NCBI GenBank assembly: GCA_963774615.1
Contig: CAVZFT010000035.1
Span: forward strand, 40,595 to 104,594
DNA: 64,000 bases
Source of the DNA: an uncultured Cytophagales bacterium
Lineage (GTDB): Bacteria > Bacteroidota > Bacteroidia > Cytophagales > Cyclobacteriaceae
Reading direction: 5' to 3'
Part shown: positions 48,633 through 57,485 of the stretch, one piece after another
Position numbering within the stretch: position 1 is the first letter of the stretch
Layout of the letters: each line of letters starts with the position of its first letter
Notes under the pieces: generated by a model
Databases searched by the model: none
What the model saw: the letters and a program-made list of their open reading frames with translations, nothing else
Told to the model about the DNA's origin: nothing
Translations under genes and position numbers: made by a program

Positions 48633-49125
48633 TTACAGGTGCGTCGATTTTAATTGGCGTGAGGTAATCAGTTCAGTGAGTTCAGGATAGTCCTTTATCC
48701 ATTCACTGTTCAGGCAATGTGTCTTTGAAATATGAAACAATTGATCTCGCCTTTAATTATCGAATGGATATGGGCAATACCTGTTTAATCAGTGTTAACT
48801 CTTTCTCAACCTCTGGGTAGTGGAATGGAATGAAGTTGATACCCTTTTTATAAGATAAAACTGATTTACCGGTGTTATTTAATATTGCTACAGTAATAGA
48901 GCCAGGGAGTCGAAATAAAAGTGGAGTTGAATCGAGCTGGATATTTGTTTTGCGTGAACACTCACCTGCAGGGTTTAAAAAGTCCACTTCGTCACAAACG
49001 CTGCAATCGAATCAAACGTTTCTGTGAAAAATCCCACAACGCGAACGAAAACACTTTTTGGCATAATGGCTGTTCATTGCGACCATGTTCTTCGGTTGCG
49101 ATAAAATAAACTGTCTTTCACTCAT
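48633..49125 (-). pseudogene. Possible degraded or frameshifted hypothetical gene downstream of motif C
   Basis: ATG with an A-rich leader at 49125, short protein-like fragments in different frames, no recognised family. Confidence 0.3.
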
Positions 49126-49193
49126 AATGGTTGTTTGCAATTGTTATAAAAACAGCACACTCCTGTTGAGCGGCCCTGCTTTCTTGCATGACA

Positions 49194-49257
49194 CAAGGTG
49201 ATACTATAAACCGGATATGACATTACAGCTGGGGATAAAAAAGTTACATCAATCACT
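49194..49257 (-). promoter_or_regulatory. Island motif copy C plus -7-like box
   Basis: AGTGATTGA-TGTAA-N16-TGTAAT-N19-ATCACCTTG. Confidence 0.7.
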
Positions 49258-49269
49258 GATTTACGCCAT

Positions 49270-49362
49270 TTCGGATGTCGGATGTCGGAAGGAGTTAGAT
49301 TAGGATGGATGTAGACTAATCGAATAATACGTCGCCGAAATCCGAAATCGTAAGTCCGAAAT
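49270..49362. repeat. Inverted heptamer array TCGGATG/TCGGAA ... TCCGAAA
   Basis: TTCGGATGTCGGATGTCGGAA ... CCGAAATCCGAAATCGTAAGTCCGAAAT. Confidence 0.7.
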
Positions 49363-49731
49363 TTGGATTGGCTCTATCTTGAATTTATCAGCAATAACCA
49401 GAAAGGCCATGAGACGAATAGTTTGCTGGGTCAATTATGACTACATTACTGTAAATGGACAATATTTATAAGGAGGGGACCTTCATTACGGCAAAAGCCG
49501 ATTCTGAATGCAAGTTAATCATCAATCGCTATCTAGGACGGATTTATTATTGTAAAGCCGTGAATGATCCGAATGGAAAACTATTAGCTTATTTTGAAAG
49601 AGAACTTATTGCTCCGGAGAACGCAAAATAACTCTCTTGTTGCTTTTGCCTTATGATGCTGATCACAGCCCCTTGAGACAAATGGCATTGCTGCTTCCTG
49701 CTATCTTATCCCACATTGTTACTGGACGACC

Positions 49732-49796
49732 TGTGACTTATGTAACAATTTAGGTCTGCTGCGTAACATTTCTATGGTTCTGGTTATCGATCTTCA
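49732..49796 (+). promoter_or_regulatory. Island motif copy D plus -7-like box, upstream of the AraC gene
   Basis: TGTGACTTA-TGTAA-N16-CGTAAC-N20-CGATCTTCA. Confidence 0.7.
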
Positions 49797-49821
49797 CGGT
49801 TAGGCTTTAAAGATTCCGAAT

Positions 49822-50409
49822 TTGAAATTATTTATCAAATACATGGTTAGCAACCGCTGCAAGCTTGCAGTGAAAGAAGAGCTAAAAAAGCTCGGGCTGC
49901 ATTTCATTGTTGTGGGTCTTGGGGAAGTTGAAATTATGGAAGATTTAACATTAGAGCAGCAGCAGCTATTACAGGCCGGTCTCGTTTCATCAGGACTGGA
50001 ACTCATGGACGATAAACGGGCGGTACTGATAGAAAAGATCAACAACGTAATTACGGAAATGATCCATCATTCGGAAGAGTTACCAAGAGTGAACTATTCT
50101 GATTACATCAGCGAAAAACTAAATTACGATTACACGTATCTCTCGAATCTATTCTCGGAAGTAAAAGGCATTACCATTCAGCAATTCATTATCATTCATA
50201 AGATCGAAAAGGTAAAAGAGCTGCTCTTTTACAATGAGCTCAATCTTACAGAGATATCCTATAAAATGCATTACAGCAGTGTTGCTCATTTATCCAATCA
50301 ATTCAAGAAAGTAACGGGACTTACGCCTTCTGCTTACAAACAACTGAAGGATAAAAAGAGAAATACATTGGAAGAAATCGGAAGATCAAATGGTGTCCAT
50401 CAAAATTAA
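49822..50409 (+). CDS. AraC-family transcriptional regulator (Bacteroidota type with a short HMA-like N-terminus)
   Basis: YDYTYLSNLFSEVKGITI, LTEISYKMHYSSVAHLSNQFKKVTGLTPS; N-terminal MVSNRC. Confidence 0.9.
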   Translation: MKLFIKYMVSNRCKLAVKEELKKLGLHFIVVGLGEVEIMEDLTLEQQQLLQAGLVSSGLELMDDKRAVLIEKINNVITEMIHHSEELPRVNYSDYISEKLNYDYTYLSNLFSEVKGITIQQFIIIHKIEKVKELLFYNELNLTEISYKMHYSSVAHLSNQFKKVTGLTPSAYKQLKDKKRNTLEEIGRSNGVHQN

Positions 50410-52432
50410 AACACATACTGTGCAACCCACTACTTTGGAAACAACGAAAACAAAGGAATCAGGATATGCCAGGAGTTTGATTGAAGCAAGCCTGGATCCA
50501 CTGGTGACCATTAGCGCCAAAGGTAAAATCATGGATATGAATGAGGCGTTAGCCAATATTACGGGCATAACGCGTGAGAAACTTACCGGCACGGATTTTC
50601 TCGATTATTTCACGGAACCTCAAAAGGCGCGTGCTGTATATCAGGAGGTTTTTGCTAAGGGCTCTGTCGCTGATTCTCCGCTCACGCTGCGTCATCAGAA
50701 CGGAACGCTTACCGATGTGCTGTTCAATGGCTCTATTTATAAGGATGACAGCGGAAATGTTTTGGGTGTGGTGATCGTGGCCAGGGATGTTACGGAACAA
50801 AAACGAATCGCTACCGCGCTTCAGGAAGCGATCGTGTTTGCTGAGCTGGCAACAAACATTGCAGAAGAGGCTAAATTGAAAGCAGATGGTGCGCGGAAAA
50901 TTGCCGAGGATGCTGTGAAAGCGAAGCAGCAATTTTTGTCAAACATGAGCCATGAGATCCGCACTCCGATGAACGCAATCATTGGGTTCACAAAAGTTGT
51001 TTTGAAAACTGAACTTTCCCTCAAGCAAAAAGAATATCTAAACGCTATTAAAACGAGTGGTGACGCGCTGATTGTTCTCATTAACGATATTCTCGATCTG
51101 GCAAAAGTAGATGCGGGGAAAATGACATTTGAGCAAACACCATTTAAAATGGCGTCCTCCATTGCTGCCATGCTCCACTTATTCGAGCTGAAGATCCAGG
51201 AGAAAAATCTGAAACTGATCAAACAATACGATGAAAAAATTCCGGAGGTATTGCTGGGCGATCCGGTTCGTTTACACCAGATCATCCTCAACCTTGTAAG
51301 CAATGCAGTTAAGTTCACCAAAGAAGGAACAATTACCGTGGCTGTGACCTTACTTGAGGAAGACGAAACAAAAGTTTTGGTAGAGTTTGTTGTTACCGAT
51401 ACCGGGATAGGAATAGGAGAGGACCGGATGGATACCATCTTTGAAAACTTCCAGCAGGCTACAAGCGACACCTCGAGATTATTCGGTGGTACTGGCCTTG
51501 GTCTTGCCATCGTTAAACAGCTGGTAGAGGCGCAGGGAGGAAGTATTCATGTGAAGAGCCGAATTGAAGAAGGTTCCGATTTCTGCTTTTCATTGAGCTT
51601 TAAAAAAACTAATGAGGCTGCAGAATCAGAACCCGTAAGCGTTCTTTCAGACACACCGTTGAGAAGTGTGAAAGTTCTTGTGGTTGAAGATATTGCACTC
51701 AATCAACTTCTGATGCGCACGCTGCTGGATGATTTTGGATTTGAATGCGACATTGCCGCCAATGGGAAACTAGCGATCGAAAAACTTCAGCATAAAGTTT
51801 ACGATATTATCTTAATGGACCTGCAGATGCCGGAGCTCAATGGGTTTGAAGCCACGGAATACATTCGTAAAACGCTAAAACTTAGCATACCGATCATTGC
51901 CCTTACGGCAGACGTAACTACGGCCGACCTGGCCAAATGTAAATCGGTAGGTATGGACGATTATATCTCAAAGCCTGTTGATGAACGATTGCTGCAAAGC
52001 AAAATTATTTTATTTCTTGCGCGCGTCAACGCCATGAAGGGAAAGGAATCTCCCAATATGGTTGGAAATGTAAAGTATGTAGATCTCACATACCTGGGTA
52101 AACGCACCAAGTCAGACCCGGGCTTAATGAGAGAAATGATCTCCCTTTACCTGGGGCAAACAACCTCACTGATCAAGGAGATGCTTGCCAGCGCGAACAC
52201 CAAAGATTGGAAGACATTACAATCTGTTGCCCATAAAATGATCCCTTCTTTTTCGATTGTTGGCATTGATAAACAATATGAAGATATGGCGAAGGGGCTA
52301 CAGGAATCTGCGCGCACAGGCGAAAATCAGGAAGAGATCAGGGGCTTTGTTCTGGACCTTGAAAATGTTTTGACCCAAGCCTGCGAAGAACTTGAAACTG
52401 AATTGAGCCTGATCCAAAACACCGTATTATGA
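50390..52432 (+). CDS. Cytoplasmic hybrid histidine kinase PAS-HisKA-HATPase-REC-Hpt
   Basis: PAS ARSLIEASLDPL, H-box MSHEIRTPM, NAVKFT, DTGIG, GTGLGL, REC ILMDLQMP, Hpt AHKMIPSF; no TM segment. Confidence 0.92.
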   Translation: MVSIKIKTHTVQPTTLETTKTKESGYARSLIEASLDPLVTISAKGKIMDMNEALANITGITREKLTGTDFLDYFTEPQKARAVYQEVFAKGSVADSPLTLRHQNGTLTDVLFNGSIYKDDSGNVLGVVIVARDVTEQKRIATALQEAIVFAELATNIAEEAKLKADGARKIAEDAVKAKQQFLSNMSHEIRTPMNAIIGFTKVVLKTELSLKQKEYLNAIKTSGDALIVLINDILDLAKVDAGKMTFEQTPFKMASSIAAMLHLFELKIQEKNLKLIKQYDEKIPEVLLGDPVRLHQIILNLVSNAVKFTKEGTITVAVTLLEEDETKVLVEFVVTDTGIGIGEDRMDTIFENFQQATSDTSRLFGGTGLGLAIVKQLVEAQGGSIHVKSRIEEGSDFCFSLSFKKTNEAAESEPVSVLSDTPLRSVKVLVVEDIALNQLLMRTLLDDFGFECDIAANGKLAIEKLQHKVYDIILMDLQMPELNGFEATEYIRKTLKLSIPIIALTADVTTADLAKCKSVGMDDYISKPVDERLLQSKIILFLARVNAMKGKESPNMVGNVKYVDLTYLGKRTKSDPGLMREMISLYLGQTTSLIKEMLASANTKDWKTLQSVAHKMIPSFSIVGIDKQYEDMAKGLQESARTGENQEEIRGFVLDLENVLTQACEELETELSLIQNTVL

Positions 52433-52863
52433 AACCCGAAAATAAAATAAAACTTTTCCTTGTAGACGATGATGTCGTGTTTTTGAAATCACTGGAAATG
52501 GAATTCAATGAGCGTGGAAATTTTGATATTGAAACCTATGTATCAGGTGAACTTTGCATAGACAACCTTTCGAATAGGCCGGATCTCATTATCCTGGATT
52601 ATCTTCTTGACGGTACCAATAAGGACGCCATGCATGGAATTGCAACACTGGATAAGATTAAAGCGCATGATGCTGACATACCGGTCGTCATGTTATCTTC
52701 CCAGGATAAGATAGAGGTTGCCGTAAATTGTATGCATCACAAAGCGTTTGACTATGTAGTGAAAAGTGAAACTGCGTTCTTGCGTCTACAAAAAATCATC
52801 ACCTCGGTTTTTCACCTGCGCAAAATTGAAAAAGAGCTTGTTTGGTATATGGAACGGATGTGA
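52429..52863 (+). CDS. Single-domain response regulator
   Basis: LVDDD, IILDYLLD, MLSSQ, YVVK. Confidence 0.88.
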   Translation: MKPENKIKLFLVDDDVVFLKSLEMEFNERGNFDIETYVSGELCIDNLSNRPDLIILDYLLDGTNKDAMHGIATLDKIKAHDADIPVVMLSSQDKIEVAVNCMHHKAFDYVVKSETAFLRLQKIITSVFHLRKIEKELVWYMERM

Positions 52864-53143
52864 AATAGGGTCCGAATTCCTGGTTGGGTTTTGGTGTATT
52901 GACCAGAAGATCCGGTTTCATCCAAAGTTTAAAGATCTGAGCTTCTAAGTTCGAGTTTCTAATGTTCCCCTTTGTAATGGCTGAATCTTAGCCAGAACAG
53001 GATCTGTTACCATGGCTGGCAATTCGATTCGTAAGCAATAGTAGTTGGCTTTTTAAATTCACTGCGTTGTCCGCTAAAACGGCAACGCATTTTTTGTTTT
53101 GACACGATTCAAATAGGCAACTCCGTGCCTTCCATGTACAATC

Positions 53144-53179
53144 TGTTAATAATGTAATCTTTCACTAACCATGTGTAAT
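53144..53179 (+). promoter_or_regulatory. Island motif copy E
   Basis: TGTTAATAA-TGTAA-N16-TGTAAT, then CTCACTTTA 19 nt later. Confidence 0.6.
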
Positions 53180-53245
53180 GCATGTAGATCGTTATTGTCT
53201 CACTTTATCAGATATTTTTGTTTGATATCAAATTGAAACGGCACC

Positions 53246-53281
53246 TGTAAGATATGTAATACTCTCCGGCCGGCCTGTAAA
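53246..53281 (+). promoter_or_regulatory. Island motif copy F
   Basis: TGTAAGATA-TGTAA-N16-TGTAAA. Confidence 0.5.
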
Positions 53282-53619
53282 TCCTTCCACCGAATAGTTG
53301 CGACATTTATATCATCAAACAGCAACGAAAAATGACGCTCCTCCAACAATTTCCTGACGTATCGATGCAAATGAGACGGCTCAATCAGAAAAACACGCAA
53401 AAGAAAATAGGAAGCGCAAAAAGAGCATATATGACAATGGCAATGGCAAAGAGCTCGATCTGTATTACGATAATGAATTCAGGAAATGGCATAACAAACT
53501 AGCGTTAATTATTGTGTTTATCATTACCTGTCTTTTAGCTGCACTAGTCGGGATTTCAAGACTTTTCTAACGGTTAAATACTTTAAATCAAAATACTTTC
53601 AACATTAAACTGATACAAT

Positions 53620-53991
53620 ATGAAATACAAAACAATTATTTTGACGCTGGCCGCAGCATCTTTTTTTGCGGGCCAGGCATTTGCCCAAGACAGCAATGTC
53701 ATGACGCAAGCACAGCGTGAACGGAAAGACAGCGTGCAAACTGCAACGCATCAGGAGGCACAAGTGCAAAACAGGAATGACGAAAACAGAATGGCGGATG
53801 CCAAACTTGACAGAAAAGAAACAAAAGCGAAAGCAAAAGAGGCACGACGTGTCGAAAATGAAGCGAATGACGCAGCGCACCAGTCGAAAAATGCGTTGAA
53901 GGCTGAGCGCAAAGCGCAGAAGTCGCGCAAGCAAGCCAATCAACAGGCTCAAAAAGCTTCTGACGCAAGAGACAAGTCAAACAAGAATTAG
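53620..53991 (+). CDS. Secreted, highly charged Ala/Lys/Gln-rich helical protein (LEA/hydrophilin-like composition)
   Basis: Signal peptide ending AFA-Q, then a low-complexity A/K/E/Q/R-rich chain. Confidence 0.75.
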   Translation: MKYKTIILTLAAASFFAGQAFAQDSNVMTQAQRERKDSVQTATHQEAQVQNRNDENRMADAKLDRKETKAKAKEARRVENEANDAAHQSKNALKAERKAQKSRKQANQQAQKASDARDKSNKN

Positions 53992-54033
53992 CACACGTCA
54001 ATTATAATGTAACTGGAACTTAAAATTAAAGTC

Positions 54034-54484
54034 ATGAAAAAAACGGGGCCGATAATGATCATAGAGGATGACATGGATGATCAGGAGTTTTTGGAAGAAA
54101 CATTCTCAATTCTTGATTACCCAAATCCCGTTATTTTCTTTTCCAATGGGAACGAAGCGCTGGAGTATCTACTTGAAACAAAGACTCCTCCGGTTCTCAT
54201 TATATCGGACATCAACATGCCGGAAATCAGCGGGATTGAAGTAAGGGAAAGAATTAACAGCAACAAGAAATTACAAAAGCTCCAAATACCTTATGTATTT
54301 TTCACAACAGCGCAAAAGGCATCGGTTGTAAGTGAGTGTTCATTGTCTGACTTTGGCTTCTTCACAAAACCGAATACAATGGCTTGAGATTCAAAATACG
54401 ATTAAAACCATTATGGAGTATTGGCTTGAGCGTTATACGCCAAGTTTAGTTATCAAACAAGCCGACTGTCAAGCAGCTGCATAG
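54034..54484 (+). CDS. Single-domain response regulator; frameshift near 54385
   Basis: IIEDDMDD, LIISDINMP, FFTT, FTKP; the shifted frame continues EIQNTIKTIMEYW. Confidence 0.85.
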
Positions 54485-54685
54485 TCTTCATAAGTTATAT
54501 TAAACTTCTGCGATTTGAGATTTAAATAGTATGATTTGCTGTTGTAAAAAGGAAAGGGAATTTCAAAAGTGAGTTGGTAGTTAGCTTTTTTTGTTCACAG
54601 CATCGTATTTTTCATCAGTGCAGGGATTGATTGCTCTGTCTTATAGTGTAAGATTAGGCTATCGATCTGCAGAATTGTGCAAACC

Positions 54686-54764
54686 TTCGAATCCGCTCGT
54701 GACCTCCAAGAAAATAATAAGAAGTCAGTCGCCCAAGACTGACTTTTTGTTTTTAAGAGATTAT
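54686..54764 (+). repeat. att-like copy of the tRNA-Cys 3' end plus terminator and linker
   Basis: TTCGAATCCGCTCGTGACCTCC-AAGAAAATAATAAGAAGTCAGTC-GCCCAA-GACTGACTTTTTGTTTTTAAGAGATTAT, closely matching 43800-43870. Confidence 0.85.
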
Positions 54765-54815
54765 GATCTTTTTAAAAAACTAAGAACAGCAGCCGAGGCA
54801 AAAACCTCAGCAGAG

Positions 54816-55767
54816 TTATTTTACAAAGGCGTACAATTGCCTTGGGTTTTCAATAAAAATTTTTTTCTGATAGTCGGCCAGACCTCTTTTGTGCAATTCA
54901 GTTACAAAATCAGTGAGCAAATAAGTTAGGCCGGGCTTGCCACCATACGATTTCCAGTAAGTATGCCGGGCGGCATCCATCCCTACCGTGATTTGATCAG
55001 GATAATCCGACAACAGCTTCTCCAGCAGGAGGAACGTAAAATTCTCACCGCCCGGTTTCCAGCGAAAGGCACTGTCGTACTCCACCCGCACACCGGTTTG
55101 CATCAGCGCCTGATGATATCCCAAGTCGTTGCAGCGGTCAACATGGGATATTACGACATGACCTAAATCAGCGCCCAATTGATGAAACAGTTCGGCTTGT
55201 TCAACAGCATGTCTGCCTGCATTGGTGTGTGTCAATATCGGTACACCGGTTTTCTTATGCGTTGCCACAACAGCGCGAAAAATCTTTTTTAGGTTGTCAT
55301 CAAAAGGCTCATCGCCACTGGCTAACTTGATCATGCCCGCCTTGTGGGAGGTTCTTTCCACAACCGGCGAACTGTAATCATATCGATCAATTCCTATCAC
55401 GACATCGTCGATAAACAACTGGGTTAATTGCTCTTCCGACAGATAAAATTGCCAATGACGGGGTGGATAATATATGGGCAGATGAATACCCGTAGGTGCA
55501 ATGATTTGTATTCCGCGAAAGCCGGGATACTTCCGCTAATTTCATTACATTTCTTCCACAGGCAGCCGGCATGGTATCAACCATGGTACGGCCACCGGCT
55601 ATATATACTTCTTTTAACTCCGCGGAAATTTTCGTTGTATCATTCAATAAAAAATCAGGGTTCTGTAAAACGGGAAAACTTTCTTCAATGACAATATGTT
55701 CGTGCGAATACGTAACGCCCATTTGGGAAGGCTCAATATCGCCCAGCACTGTTCTTACAAAACTCAT
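54816..55767 (-). CDS. Phosphotriesterase-family (aryldialkylphosphatase-like) protein; frameshifts near 55450-55515
   Basis: TYSHEHI, VDTMP, ILTHT, VISHVDR, GMDAAR. Confidence 0.82.
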
Positions 55768-55786
55768 TGCTGAATAAATTAGAAAA

Positions 55787-57200
55787 TTATTTTTTTAGGA
55801 TATGAACCACCGTTTCCAGGGTACCTGCCGTTATATTTTTGCTCCATTCATTTCTTCCCGTGAACGCTGTTGTAGAAGGTAATTCCAATACAGCGCCTGT
55901 TCGGTATAATCTTTCGCGCAATGCAGTCACATCCAATTGATGTGCTGCCTGTTCTTTTTGTAACGATTGCACAGCCGCGAGTCCCGCTGCCTGGCCCATA
56001 CTCATGGTTTGAGCCATCGAGCGACAGGAAGCATGGGCATCATGCGTGGCAGAAAAACAACGGCCTACTACCCATGCCGTTGTACTTCCTTTGGGAACAA
56101 TAGTTCCGTATGGCACGCCATATACACCATTCTCGGGAATATAGGCCCAATACGTTTCGTCTCCGCCGTCCTTTCCTTTGCGGTGGTCTTCAATCGGCGC
56201 GCCGCAAACTAAAATAGTATCGGCTGGGATTTTAGCTTCCATGCAATCTTCTTTTGTAAGCCGGTATTCACCATATACCCGGCGCGTTTCTCGTACGCCG
56301 ATCTGGTGGGACAAACCAACAATATTGGAGGCTTCATAGCCGGGTACTTCCTGCTGAAAAAATTTTTCAAACACAAAGGCCTGGCGACGCCCTTCTATTT
56401 CTGCTTTGGTTAATTCTTCCGCAATGAGCGGACGAAGGTCACTCACTTTTACGGCAACGGTTGATATACACTTTTTTGCATTCATCTCGTGCGCCGATCC
56501 CTCCTTACGTGGCAGCGGATGTTTGCCGGCTTGCGACCGCCTCCTGCATTTTTTGCTGCAACATTTTTTTTCCACCCGCGCTCTCAAACAGTTCAAGTTC
56601 CACGTTACTCATGCGGAAAGTTGTGGTCATACTTTGAGCTGGCTCCAACTCCCCGGCAATTTCATACGGAAAACCGGCCAGGTGACAAAAGTCTGCATCG
56701 CCGGAAGCATCGATTACGCGTTGCGCAATGATCTTTCCAAAGCCGGATTTATTCCAGCATATACATTCATATCTCAAATCCCCTAAAATATTTACATCTA
56801 CCAGTGTCGTGTGTAATAAATAACGTATCGCCGATTGCAGAATAAGTTTGTCCCATACCTGTTTTAACCTTTCAGGATTATAATTCACACCCGTACCAGC
56901 GCCATACGTATTAGGACGTAAAAAAATTTCGCCCAAGGCCTCCAGTTCATTCACAACAACATCGGGAAATCCGCCAGCTACTTTTCGGGCCCTTGCACCA
57001 GGCGTAAAGAAGCCATAAAAAGTATCCAGCATTTGTGTTGAAGTACCTCCCGGAAAGCCATAACGTTCGATCAGCATGACCGGGTAAGGACCGGTAGCAG
57101 CAGCCAATGCAGCGGTACATCCTGCCGATCCTGCTCCTATTACCAAAATACCGGTTTCAGCCAGTACAGGAATTTTATTATGATTAATGAAATCGTACAA
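55787..57200 (-). CDS. FAD-dependent oxidoreductase (FAD_oxidored type); frameshift near 56520-56590
   Basis: VIGAGSAGCTAA, IDASGDAD, IGVRETRRVYGEY, VVGRCFSATH. Confidence 0.82.
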
Positions 57201-57275
57201 AGGATGCCTGTTTTGTTTGATGCGTTTACTGTTCAGCTGTGAAGAAATTTTAAATATCGTTTATTCATCAATTAC

Positions 57276-57395
57276 TTGACGATTATCCGTTCAATTTCAA
57301 TTTCAATAAATTTCGATGTTGGTGTGTGGCTTTTATCCGCTACAGAGTTGAGTGGCACCAACGCATTGGCGTCAGGAAAATAAGCAGCTGCACAC
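57276..57395 (-). repeat. Orphan duplicate of the last ~120 bp of the ydeP-like gene
   Basis: 5 mismatches in 120 bp versus 58304-58423; encodes CAAAYFPDANALVPLNSVADKSHTPTSKFIEIEIERIIVK*. Confidence 0.9.
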
Positions 57396-57485
57396 ACTAA
57401 CCCAAAAGGTAAGCACTCCCTTTGTTTAAATTGATTCCCATCAAAATTACAATTAAAGACAATTTGTTCACGATAACTAAAACTG

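Larger units (their letters stand above)
43613..54764. mobile_element. tRNA-Cys-anchored genomic island (no integrase seen)
   Basis: Bounded on the right by TTCGAATCCGCTCGTGACCTCC plus the AGTCAGTC terminator and linker (54686-54764); accessory gene content. Confidence 0.65.

Noticed and set aside
53200-53492. Minus-strand hypothetical gene
   Set aside because: It needs a frameshift, has no recognisable family, and overlaps plus-strand motif copy F; treated as probably spurious.
54591-54929. 112-aa plus-strand ORF at the island end
   Set aside because: It reads through the att-like repeat and terminator and is antisense to the PTE gene; no protein-like features.
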